From positions 62,001-126,000 of the forward strand of contig JAPEUI010000024.1 in assembly GCA_026025075.1 (NCBI GenBank): DNA of 64,000 nucleotides, written 5' to 3'. Under the pieces are notes generated by a model. That model worked only from the letters and a program-made list of their open reading frames with translations. It was not told the origin of the DNA and made no database searches. A program made the position numbers and the translations under genes. This document shows positions 11,999 through 23,761 of the stretch, piece after piece (position 1 is the stretch's first letter; each line of letters begins with the position of its first letter). Source of the stretch: Vezdaea acicularis (taxonomy: Eukaryota).

Positions 11999-13402
11999 AT
12001 GCCCCTTGGCATTGAACGCATAAACGCCCGACGGCAACAACCGAACGATCGAATAGTTTTCCTTAAACCACGTATTAGCCCAACTCCTACGTATCTGACA
12101 TCGTACTTCTAACGTCCGTATACAGTAGAAGGCCCTGATAAGGCCCTTGCTCAGGATTTTCTTGAACGAATTGCGGCGATCTGCGCTCCAATAATGCGTG
12201 CTAACCATCTTGCTATCATGTCTCTCGAGGAGTATGAACCCAACCAGGAGTTCGTAGGACGCAATTTCAACGCTGGTGAGGTTATCCAGCTCGTGTTGAA
12301 AGCGCCGGGCTCGGGGCATTGGTTACCATTTCGCCACGTTCAAATGGTCATGATGCACGAGTTAGCGCATTGTGAGCAGATGAACCATTCAGGGGTATTT
12401 TGGAAAGTGCGAAATCGATACGCCGGAGAGCTACGGGCTCTGTGGGAAAGGGGATATACTGGTGACGGGATGTGGGGAAAGGGAAGGATGTTGGCGATAG
12501 GGGCGCAAGATGGGGGCACGCACGTCGACCAAGAGATTATGCCGGCAGCTCTTTGTGGGGGAACTTATCGATCAACACGTAATAAGAAACGTAAAAGAAA
12601 GAGTGAGCTTCACGAAAAGCCCAAATTATCGTATGCCGAACGCCAACAGCGAAGGATCAGGAGGAAGTTCGGCACTAAAGGGACTCTACTTGGGGAAGAC
12701 GAAGACGCGATAAGTAGACTAGAGAACGGCAAGAAGCCGAAAGGGAAACCAAGAGTGGCTGGCAGTGCTCGAGGACGAGAGCTACGAGCAGCTGCTGCAC
12801 TAGCCCGTCTTACATCGCCAAGAACCAAGATGGCTACGAAAGAGGCACAGCTAATAGATAGTGATAGCGATAGCGATTACGAGGATATGCCGATGAAAGC
12901 AGAGCCTGCTCTCGATCTAAGCGGGAAGGCCATGTTGGATGATCGTGGCCGTGGTTTGGTCAGAGTCTGCGAGGTCGAAGACGAAGCCAGTGACGACGTC
13001 AAGCAGGAGATGCAGGAGCTTCAAGAGCTTGACTGCATCGCTAGCGCTCCACATCACACATCCGACTCGTCGAATAACAAGGAAACTGCTGATTCCCTAC
13101 GAGGCGTCTCGATAAGAAGACCACAAAGCTCGACCAGGCCCAGTAAATCACCCCCTCATTCAAATGGGGGCATCGGCAAGAACGCCACTTCAACTACCTT
13201 CAATGACTGGACTAGCTCAGCCTGTCCAATATGCTCCTTCAGTAACACTACCAGTGCATTAGCCTGTGCCATATGTGCACATGTCCTATCAGAGGACCTC
13301 ATCTCAGATCACTGGTCATGCGGGTCGGTGACATGTAAGGGAAGCGCATATTTGAACGCGGGAGATTGCGGCGTCTGCGGGATATGCGGCCAGAAGAGAT
13401 GA
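11999..13402 (+). CDS. WLM-domain (Wss1-like) zinc metalloprotease with C-terminal zinc fingers
   Basis: Exon 1 MPLGIERINARRQQPNDRIVFLKP, then intron GTATTA...TCTAAC...CAG. Exon 2 has LEEYEPNQEFVGRNFNAGEVIQLVL, HELAH (HEXXH), SHP-like FGTKGTLLG, VIM-like RELRAAAALAR and two C4 fingers (CPIC...CAIC; C...C...CGIC). Confidence 0.88.
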
Positions 13403-14517
13403 GATTGAATGTTCATGATGACCAACAAGTCTATGGCAGTGCTTCACCCCGCCAGGGCACTACTCAATTATGATTCCAGGGTCGTGGATACTAATACAGA
13501 ATCATGAAGGTATAGTGGTCATGTCCGATTGTTCACTCGTTGGAGCCAGCAGCTGATGACACAAGGCACACATCGTTCCAGTGCTGACCGCTCAAGTTCT
13601 TTCCACTGTGTGGAGCCGAGCAGATTCGGATATCAAACCCCATATCTTGCTCTCAAGAGTTAATCGACGTGTGTCATAGAACAAGTGCCTCCCGAAAGCA
13701 TCGGTTTCCCTAATGGCATTTCACTAACGTTATACTATATCCCTGAGATTGAACGACTTCTTATCTAGAGACTTCCAAGCGCGAAGAGCTGAGCGCTGAC
13801 GTAAGCTCTAGTTTCGGACTTAAGAGTCTCTAGATACAATGAACCCCGTGCTCTCGAGCCCTTTCGGCTTTCCTAAGCTTGAATATGAGAAGGGATGTTT
13901 TATTCTATGCTGTGCCACGGAATCCGGGGCGATGAGGAATGCCAGATCGAAGGACTGTGTGTGGGCTTGCCTCTGCGAGGATCATTCTAGGTTGCGAGTC
14001 GATACGAGAAAAACATTGTCAGTTTTCTCCCGTCAACTTGGCTGAAAAACAGACTGTTGTTAAATCCAACTGCCTTGACATAGTTTCGAGGGATCAAACC
14101 CCACCAATTTGCTCCTCGTTATATTGTAGCGAGGATTTAACTCACTGCTGTTTCCGAGACGAAATTGACCTTAGGAAACCAAATAATAAGTATACAGGCG
14201 TTTCTTATAGTAGCCCAGCCTTTGCGATTCACAGGGAATTGCTCCCGCTTGATAGCATAGAGGTCACAATCCGCGCAAGGCAACTAACAATGAAGCACGG
14301 ACAAATTGTCTTGATAGGTCACACTTCTTGTGTAGAACCCTAACCGTGAAAGCAACGCTATGCCTAATGATAATTGAATGGAACCACAGGCTACCGCTGA
14401 CCCAACGCCGTCTGCCAGCACCACAATGTTGGGCAGAAAAATGCAAGTCAGACAGATACAGAGGTCGTCCCAAAGTTAAACCAGGAAAATGCCCAGATAC
14501 GCCGTAATCCTATTGTG

Positions 14518-17500
14518 TCATGTCGGCATCATCCCAATCCCACTTCCAGCACCTGTCCGTGCAGCAAACAATGAGGCCGGTGTGCTACCACTACCGCCAC
14601 TATTTCTGGCCTTCTTTCTGTCTTTTTCTTTCGAGGTGCCAGAGCCCGCGGAGGCGCCTGAGGACCTCTTGCCACCCCCCTTCCTCTTGAACAGTCCTCC
14701 ACGGAGCCCGCTTCTTCCAGATCCCCTCAAGCCCCTTCCAAATTTGTGTGGCCTTGAAGGCGAGATAGCACGTGCTGGTTTTGAGCTACTTGATTTCTGG
14801 TTTGCTGCTGAAGCCATTCTTTCATTGAAACCCCTCACCTCGGAGGCGAGAGCGCCAGTAGAGGAGTTGAAATAGCGACTGTTTTCTTCCAGTGCATCTG
14901 CATCATCCAAATCCTGACCTTCAGAACCTGACTCAAGGTCGTCTTCGCTGCAGAGGTTAACCACATTTTGGGCATGCTGGTCAATTGCATCCTCATCGTG
15001 CCTGTCCTCTTCATCCGAGTTCTCGTCATCCATCCGAAGAGCGACTTCGTAATCCGCTCGGACCTTATTGACGATTCTATAGAAGTACTTGCCATACATA
15101 TTGACACGAGTGGGATCAACGTCAGGGATCTCGAGCATCTCAGCATCATTGGAGATCCACCGAATAGCCATTTCTCGAAGGATGGTGTCAGTAAATGGCA
15201 CGACACGCAGGCCCTTTAGATTCCGAAGGCGTTCACACTCGGCCTTCGCTTCTGCAAGGAAATGGTCGATGAAATACCGATGGGTGTCCCCAAGTTCGTT
15301 CATCCGTTGATCTTCAGTGATAGGGGGCCCTAGTTTTGCACCTGCTCGTTTGCTAGGCTTGCTCACGTTACGAATAGGATTAAAATGGTCTTCGGAGTCT
15401 TCAGAATAACCGGGTTTATCGTCAACAACAAAGCCATCGTCCTCATATCCGTTGGGGTGAAGCTTTAGATCTTGCAAATCCTTCAAGTTGCGTTCTTTCC
15501 TGCGTCTCGATAATTGCTGAACCGGAGACGAAACATTTGTCGAAGGGCATTCTTCACGGGCGGCCCCTACTCCTGTCCCTCTCTTAACACCAACTTTCTT
15601 TGGAGCATGCGGTGATATTCGGACCTGTAGTTTTAGTCGCCGCCTTCCATTCGAATAACTGCCGCTATTGTGTCCCAGCTTTACATCAAGTGTGTTAGCT
15701 CATCCTAAATCATGGTTGTACGTAAAATACTCACATGAACATACTGATTTGCAAAACCCGCCTTGTTGATTTCGTTACGTTCCCGCAGTGCGTCGTCCAT
15801 CATAAGTTGATTGAATAAGCGCTCGGTGTCGGTTCGCGGCAGATTCGAGGCCATTCCATATTCTTGAAGACGATTGTGGTTGAACTCTACAACCTTCTTG
15901 TTTTTGCTGCCTCTAAATACGTCGATACAGTGGTTGAAAGTAACTTTGTCTCGCTGGATTTGACGAACCATCTTGATTGCGGAAGTAGCAAGATCAGTAA
16001 AATCCTGGGTTTCATATTCGGAATTAGAGTTGCAATTATCGCAACCGCCCTTGCAATCCGCTCTATCGAAGCGCTCATTGAAATATGCAAGAACCTGCAC
16101 TCTTCTGCAGTCGCTCTTGTTTTCGCAAAATTGAATGACGTTCTTCAAAAGCTGGTGCTGCCGTTCCTTCTGGTTAAAATCTCCATCGCCTTCATCGATC
16201 ATCCGCTTCAGTGCGCCAGAGTCTTTATAGCTATAAAAGAGGTAGCACCCAGACTTCTTGCCATCTCGGCCCGCTCGGCCAGTCTCTTGGTAGTAGCCTT
16301 CTAAGCTCTTTGGAATTTGATGGTGCATAACAAACCGAACATCGGGTTTATCGATACCCATCCCGAAGGCAATGGTTGCGACGATAACGTGGTACTTGCC
16401 ACTTTGCCAATTCTTTTGAACTTCGTTTTTTTCTGCGGGATCCATTCCAGCATGATAATGATGGGCCTTGACCTTATACTGACTGCGCAACTTTTCTGCT
16501 AAAGATTCGCAAGTTTTGCGGGATAAAGCATAGATTATACCTGTTTGATGTCTATATGATGATTGGATTGTATCAACCATGCTATCCATTACATCCTTAG
16601 GAGTTCCTTTGGGTCTGACTTCATAGGTTAGGTTGGGACGATTGAAGCTTTGTGTGTAGACATCACAACCTTTAATATTCAAATTATGAATAACATCGAG
16701 CTTAACGTTTTCCGTTGCAGTGGCAGTCAAAGCCATTGCCGGGACGCCGGGAAATTGTCTTCGAACTTCACCGAGAGCCTTGTAGTCAGGGCGAAAGTCG
16801 TGACCCCATTGGCTGACGCAATGAGCCTCGTCGATAACGATACGCGCAAATTTCTTCCGACGATGTAAATCCTTGAGAAGGTTCACCATGGTGTCACTCT
16901 TACTAATCATCTCAGGGGTGATGTAGAGGAGCTGAATGTATTTTTCAGGGTCTGAATACCGAAGAGCTTCCATGACTAGCCTTTTGTGTTCGGCGGTCAC
17001 CTCGCCGTTGTAAAGGAATGCTTGAATCCTAAGTTTCTGGAGGTGGTCGACTTGGTCCCGCATCAGGCTCAAAAGAGGTGAAATCACGACTGTGACCCCC
17101 CCAGTGTTTCCCGAGCGAATTATTGATGGTAGCTGATAGCAGAGTGACTTCCCTCCGCCCGTCGGCATAAGCACGAAAACATCCTTGCCAGCTAAAGTGG
17201 CATTAATAGCTTCGAGTTGATTCTTTCGGAATCCCCGAAGGTGGAAACAGTCTTTCAATACTGTCTTTACATCTTTCGACCAGGAATGCTGCATTAGTGT
17301 GGCAGAAGGAGGGCTTGACATAAAGGGATCATTCTGAACCCATTTCATTGGGGCGGTTTTCGACGGTGGACCAAAATTTACGTGCGGTAAGCTTCCGAAC
17401 CCTACGCCCCGCTGCTCTGTCTCGGAGAACGAGGGATCATGTTCAGCATTGTCGGGAACCTCGAGCATCTCTACATCCTCGTCGTCGTCAAGATAATTAT

Positions 17501-20003
17501 CCCCATCATCATCACGGAAATTGTCGGTGTGAGTCTTGCCTAGAGTGGGCCGGGCATGCGTAAAACCCAAACCTCCTATTTCATCGCCGATAGATATACT
17601 TTGACCATATTGAGTATCACTATCTTCCTTTCCATTTACTCTGCAGCCTGGTGTGGGTCTATAGTGTTTGATGGACTTAGTTGATACGCTGGGTGACGCA
17701 GGATGAGGGCCTGATGTGATTATACTACTGATAGGAGAGACTTCACGAGATTTACTCTTCTTTATGGAAGGAGGACTGGTCTCGCCCGTTCGGCAGTTTG
17801 CTGATGGGGGCCTTCCCGCACCGATCTTTGACAGTCGCTTGACATCTATATCAGTCTCTTCCCAAGGCTTGTCCATAGCGATTGGTGTGTACTTCTGGTT
17901 GACAATATCAAGGGAGGGGGACCCATTGTCTTCATCTTGTAAAGATGTGCCTGGCAGAGAACCGGAAATCTGAGTTTGCCAGATCATTTGTGTATGGGCT
18001 GAGTCACTGGAGAGGATATCTTTAGAAGCCGCGTAAAGCCCTGATTTGGCCTGACTCTGAGCTTGCGTTGACTTCACAAAGACTTTAAGCTGCGGATATG
18101 TATTGTCGGTGCTAAAAGCGGCAGCATCTCTCTCTTTACCACTGTCGACAGCCGAGAAAGGGTAGCCTGAGACCAACAAGACATCCTTGATATATGACTC
18201 ATATTGCAGTATTGACTCCTTGACGAGCTTTCGCTGCAGATCTTGGTTTGAAAAATCCAGTCCCGCGTCCATGGACTTGATAATGTCGTGTTTCAACATC
18301 TCATGCCGCTCTCGCAGTGAGGCATACTCTATTCTGAGCACAGACAGACGACTGAGCTGCTCCTTTCGAGCAATGAGAAACTTCCTTTCCAATCTCAGGT
18401 GCTCATAAGGGAGTTCGTCATCCATGAGCTGGGTAATTCTACCCGCGCTGGCCTTTATCTCCGATTCCAGGGTAGCCAGGGTGGCAAGTAATATTCCCGT
18501 TGGCTCTTTCAAGAAACAAGTAAGAAGATTGCCCGTTATGTCTTGTCTGATATTCTCACTCTGCTCGACGGCTTTCAAGGCCAAATCCTTATCGCTGATT
18601 GGTATCTTAGTGGGCGAGTCTTTCTGGAAAGGTGATGCGATGCTGCGTTCTTTTGTGGGTGACGTCGATCTTGGTCTTTCGACCTTAATTATCGATTCTT
18701 GCCGTCCTTGGTGCTGTAACTGCTCCTGTTTGCAGTCCTCGCGGTGAGGTTTAACGGCATCATTTACAATTTCCACTTGGAGAGGGCTTCTACTTCTGAG
18801 TGGAGATTTGAGATTGGACCCTTCGTTCTGACGATGGGGGGGCGCTGGGGTCAGTATCCTCTGCCTGTTAGAAATACCGGTCTGCTCAAGGTATGCGTCT
18901 TCTTCGTCAGAATCAGGAATGAATAAATCGAGCCGATGCATCGAGTGTGCAGAGTTTGATTCTTGGCCCGACAATTGGCTTCTATCATTGAACGATATAG
19001 ACTCATGGGAGGATGTTCGGACATTGAGCTCTCGCAATCCCTTGTCATGCTCCTGTGGGCTTGGCGGCTTGCACGAATAAGTCGTTTCTGATAACTTCGT
19101 AATGCCAGATACCTCCGAGTATTGCGGCGGCTCTTCATCCAACACGTGTGAAACTTTTTCGCGCTCCCTTCCATGCTTGATCTTCACATAAGAAGGAGGT
19201 CGCTGCCTTCTAGGGCTTGGCTCTGATCTGTTGTCGAATTCATCACTCTTCCGCTTCGTTCCTTTCGTCAATGGGGGTCCAGGCCGGGAGCCAGAGTCTT
19301 CCGTCCAAAAGGCTTGCTGCTCCCCAAATGTTTCAGTCGTACTAGATGATGAATTGTGTATATCAACGTCGTCTGCCGTGAGGTCGATAGTCTCTGCTCG
19401 ATCTACTTGTGACCAGGAGTGCTTTTGGCTATACTCTATCGGTAGCCTTTGAGCTCGGGAGGGAGAGTCTATGTACAGGAAGGTCAGAGAAACCTCAGGA
19501 AGAAGAGCAAGATGCCAACTCTTACCCTGAGCTTGACGGGGGAATTGTGCGTTGTAGCTACGAGCAAGCGAGGTAGTCTTATCTGGAATAGTACTTGCGG
19601 CCGGCGTTGCAAGCTGTTGTGGAGTATACTGGCTCATAAGCCGAGCTTTTGTCACTGGCTTCGGTCCGGCCTGCAATCGTGCCATCGATTCTCTCTTGTC
19701 CCCAAGCTTGCGTGGGGAATCTACTGTCAGAGAAGGCGCAGACAGCCCAGGATCCTCCGCCGAGCGACGTGCTTTCTTAACGGAAGCGGGCGATTGAGCG
19801 ACATTGGTGGAGGGCTTCAAAGATGTTGGCAATCTCCCTTCGACGGTGATGTTACTCAACGGCAAGTTGCTGGAGCTGTCAAAGATATAATCAGATACGT
19901 CTTCTGCCTCTGGAGGTAAAGTTGACGCGTCTTGTGTTGACGGTATAGACGGTAAGGTATTCAACAACCAGGACAGGTGCTCGTTCAGATTATTTCGAGT
20001 CAT
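14518..20003 (-). CDS. SGS1: RecQ family DNA helicase (Sgs1/BLM-like)
   Basis: N-terminus MTRNNLNEHLSWLL. Helicase motifs MPTGGGKSLCYQLP, DEAHCVSQWGHDFRPDY, ATIAFGMGIDKPDVRFV and YYQETGRAGRDG. RQC Zn motif CRR...CDNC and an HRDC-like region follow. Introns near 19525..19469 and 15733..15679. Confidence 0.95.
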
Positions 20004-20488
20004 AAAGTCCGTTCATATCTTCTTCTTCTAAGGGTGCACAGCTTCATGATCGAGCCAATAGACTAAAGTAAGAGCATGAACTTTTCAGTCTGCCATACCG
20101 TAAGGCTATTTCGCGTGTCAGATAGCCAAACACCATCCTTGTACTGTACACTATCACGTGATTGTTGCCCCACTCGTGGTATATCCCGAATCAGTTAGGG
20201 TTGACAGAAATGGTGGCACTGTGTGAGCTTAGCGAGGTATTTGACCACTGGAGTTGTCTGATGAAATACTTCGCTTACTACTACCTGGCAAATACTAACG
20301 ACTGTGTGCGACTTTTTCTGTCAATCGCATGCCAGGCCACTTTCGAGTTCAGATTTTAGCGGGTGCAGAGTATGCTGTATCGACAAACCTTGATGAGAAA
20401 TTCGTTGGCAATTGGGCTTGGCCGTCTAGGACAAGCCTGACTTTTCTCCTTGAAAACTTCGCGTTCGCCTTGACCTGTCGATGCAGGC

Positions 20489-23467
20489 ATGGCTCTCGGC
20501 GTCGTACTGGCCAACCGAGTTCTGCAAAACCCAAGGAGCCTGGAACAGCCAAGGATTCTTGCCCACCTCTCTGCTCAAGCAGGTACTAGCACTCGGATAG
20601 ACCAGGAGGAGGGAAAACTTACTCCAGCGCCCAACAAACTCTTGGACAAACTACCGCGGCTTCCCGCCAGTGCCCGGATGGAGCAAATTAATGACAGACA
20701 TGCACCGAATCTTCAACACAATAAGGGGGTGATGACTGGAGATCCTGGCTTGAATGAATTGATCACTGTGCCAAGAGGAACTATCAATAGACCCATGGAG
20801 ACAAAGCCAATGGATACTCTGAATCGAGGGGAAATTGAGCAGTTCGATAATTATCCTTCAGGAGAAGCTCATTATTCCAAAAGCAGCACAGCTTTGGCTG
20901 GTACTGTACTAAATGGCCTTGGAGAAGAAGACAAGAAAATTCTCCGGGTATCTCGAAGCTTATCAACTGATAATATTTCAATTTCTCTACCTTCTGGAAG
21001 CCACCAGAGCAGTGACGGCCGTAGTAGCGTAGCTAGGCTACGTTCTCCTTTTCAATATCCTACTAGACTCAAACGGCCTGGTTTCCGTACCTCTTCACCT
21101 GGGATCAGCGAGAATGGGCTAAGTGCTGCAAGTAATCTGGCCAATATATCCCCTGATCAGAGTCTCTGGACCGCTCCCTCGTCTCCTCGGAACCTCCATC
21201 CGTACGATGACGCAACACCTCTTATTGCTAGGGGTGTCTTGTTTCGGAAAAATTCCAACTTCTCTAGCACGACAAGCTCACTTCAGCAAGCTTCGAGAGT
21301 GAAAAGAGCAGCTCGAGGAGAAGGCATTTCTACTCTGCGGTCATCAATTACTTTTCCACAACCCATAGGCCCCCAGAATGATATCTTTGCCAAGTCAGAC
21401 TACTCTACCGAGGTTAGCCCGTCATCTCCAGAATACTATGATTATTCGGAAGGTTTCGAGGACAAATTCTATACTGCTATGGAGTCAGCTAGCTCATCTC
21501 GATCCGCTCTAAATGATGATTATTTCGATGAGTTGGACGAGCTCGTAGAAGCATCAGGCCTGCCCGTCATAGCGTATCAATCTAGTCAAAGTACATGCTT
21601 CGAAGCTGATCTGGATGGGTCCACATCTTCGGTCGTTCCAAAGGAACACTCTTTCCTTAGCAAGCAGAGAGACTCGATAAAGGCTTCCAAAGAGATTTAC
21701 AATCTTCAATCAAAGAAACAGACCGAAAGTGCCCTGGAACCCCGGGGTGGGAAACCAAGTTGCAGTCCTGACCTTTCACGAACCCCCAAGGAATGGCTAC
21801 ACCCTTTAGAGTCAACCGCTCAAGTAGATGGCCAAGATGACCGTGACTCCTCCTTTCTTAATCCTCCGAGAGATCTGAACCTACTGTACGAGTCCAATCA
21901 TAATGAAGACGATTGGACACTTCTTTCTTCCTTTCATTACATGATCGGTGCTCGTCCACCGACTCAGTCCTTTGACCATTCCAGACCACTTTCAGCAGAT
22001 GGCAGTCCAACTAATTCTTCACGTTCATCGCTGGTTTGTAGCTCGAGCGGTATTGTTGAAAAACTTCCTGCAATAATTTTCGGCCCGTCGAATCGGCCGT
22101 CTCTTGCGCCTGATAAGTCCGGGACTCCGACTCCGACACCTCAGCCCCTTATCTACTCGCCAGTCCACAACAGATCAAATTCATCTATTACAGTTGAATT
22201 GCGCTTCAGTAAATTGCTTACAGCTAATCAAGAATCCAACCAGATTCAGGGTCAGGCCAAAGAGATTAGGAGAACTCACACTTCAGATCATCGTGTGACT
22301 GAAGTTGACTCAATAAGGAGCAGCGATATTCATAACTCTTTATTTGAGCTAGACCACAAGCGCTCGGCTCCCATGAATAGCAGCCGCTTTATGAGGCCTG
22401 CAGAGATAAGTGATCTCCCTGTATTGGGTGGGATAGGCTTACACAATATATCTGGAGGGGTTAAACAAGTCTCTTTCGACAAGGAGTTTATGCAAAGCGG
22501 AAGAGCTAGGCACGGTAAACCAATCACTGCTCCCAAAAGCCCGAAACCTGCATCATCGTCAATCTCACAGCGTGCCATTCCTACAACTCACAGTAATATC
22601 GAAGATATCGAAACTTGTTCTCCGGGCGCCCTGAAGACGAGCCCAGAAATATTAGAGCAATCGTCAAATCCGAAGAGAACCAATGTCAACTCAACGCCAA
22701 AGCTAAAGCTCAAGGTGCGACAGCGAATTCAAAACCAACATATTTACTCGGATGGGGCCCGGACGTGGGGCCCTAAAGATAGCTACTCAGCTTTATCGGT
22801 CGCTCAGCTATCTTATCAACCAAAGTTCAAGCTTAAAGTCACGAGACCCTCAACCTCGACACTACGTGCTCCTACTGTTCAAAAACCGTCCAGATTCATA
22901 GGCGGGCTTTTAACTCAAACCCATGCAAGTAGTGATATGCTCGTACAAGAGCAGAGCCAGAGCCAGCAAAAGGGAATCTGGAAGACTATCAAACGGAAGC
23001 TTGGCAGTAAAAGAGAATATAAGCATGCTACGGACATCTATGGTCCGAGAAATTTCCTAAAGGGTGTCGATCCTCAACATAACTATGAAGGCTCAATCTA
23101 TCAAGAAGGTACCGCGCATGCAAGAAGCTTCTTCTCTGATGATAGCTCTCAAACACGGAGACTAAGCAATGTTCGAAAGAGACTTTCTCAACTCCGGGCT
23201 CGATTACCTTCAACTAAAACGACTTGGGTATCATTGGAAGATCTCAAAACGCCTGGGTCCAACGAGCAGTATACTACAGGAATCACCCCGGGCGCATCTG
23301 TGGACTGCACTAATCAACAGCCAGCCACAGTTGGAATGTCAGATTTTGAGTATAGGACGTCTAAGTTAATGGAGAAGATCAAGAAATGGTCGATCAGCAC
23401 CGTGGAATGCTTACTTAATCTTGTAGCAAAAATAAGGGGCAAAGCACAACAGGGTCCTGGGTCCTAA
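20489..23467 (+). CDS. Hypothetical Ser/Pro-rich, largely disordered protein
   Basis: Uninterrupted 992-codon ORF with no recognisable domain. The true start is uncertain because intron-like signals lie upstream (20223-20486). Confidence 0.7.
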   Translation: MALGVVLANRVLQNPRSLEQPRILAHLSAQAGTSTRIDQEEGKLTPAPNKLLDKLPRLPASARMEQINDRHAPNLQHNKGVMTGDPGLNELITVPRGTINRPMETKPMDTLNRGEIEQFDNYPSGEAHYSKSSTALAGTVLNGLGEEDKKILRVSRSLSTDNISISLPSGSHQSSDGRSSVARLRSPFQYPTRLKRPGFRTSSPGISENGLSAASNLANISPDQSLWTAPSSPRNLHPYDDATPLIARGVLFRKNSNFSSTTSSLQQASRVKRAARGEGISTLRSSITFPQPIGPQNDIFAKSDYSTEVSPSSPEYYDYSEGFEDKFYTAMESASSSRSALNDDYFDELDELVEASGLPVIAYQSSQSTCFEADLDGSTSSVVPKEHSFLSKQRDSIKASKEIYNLQSKKQTESALEPRGGKPSCSPDLSRTPKEWLHPLESTAQVDGQDDRDSSFLNPPRDLNLLYESNHNEDDWTLLSSFHYMIGARPPTQSFDHSRPLSADGSPTNSSRSSLVCSSSGIVEKLPAIIFGPSNRPSLAPDKSGTPTPTPQPLIYSPVHNRSNSSITVELRFSKLLTANQESNQIQGQAKEIRRTHTSDHRVTEVDSIRSSDIHNSLFELDHKRSAPMNSSRFMRPAEISDLPVLGGIGLHNISGGVKQVSFDKEFMQSGRARHGKPITAPKSPKPASSSISQRAIPTTHSNIEDIETCSPGALKTSPEILEQSSNPKRTNVNSTPKLKLKVRQRIQNQHIYSDGARTWGPKDSYSALSVAQLSYQPKFKLKVTRPSTSTLRAPTVQKPSRFIGGLLTQTHASSDMLVQEQSQSQQKGIWKTIKRKLGSKREYKHATDIYGPRNFLKGVDPQHNYEGSIYQEGTAHARSFFSDDSSQTRRLSNVRKRLSQLRARLPSTKTTWVSLEDLKTPGSNEQYTTGITPGASVDCTNQQPATVGMSDFEYRTSKLMEKIKKWSISTVECLLNLVAKIRGKAQQGPGS

Positions 23468-23761
23468 GAAGGGGAGCTGGGGTTCGCATCGTTATATTGA
23501 AACGAGCCGCATCCTAAGATACCTGTTGCGTATGATATTCAATGAAGTGATAGCTTGCATGTTATCTGATTTAGTGATGTTTCAGAAGGTCCTTGTATAA
23601 GCCATAGCTCAGGAAGTAATCTTAGCAACAGTACAAGAAATTAGAGTCTTAGCTGTAATATTATATTATCAAAGCTCTACCTCTGTGGGTATATGTAATA
23701 TTTGAATTTGCGGCAAAGTGCACAAATTTCTTGGGTAGTTCGAACCCTTGATGCAGTATTA

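Noticed and set aside
11750..12319. 189-aa minus-strand ORF
   Set aside because: It is antisense to the WLM protease exons and has no protein-family features.
13403..14500. snoRNA or TPP riboswitch in the WLM-SGS1 intergenic region
   Set aside because: Isolated TGATGA/CTGA and CTGAGA words occur, but there is no terminal stem, recognisable rRNA guide or TPP aptamer core. An Rfam scan would be needed to settle it.
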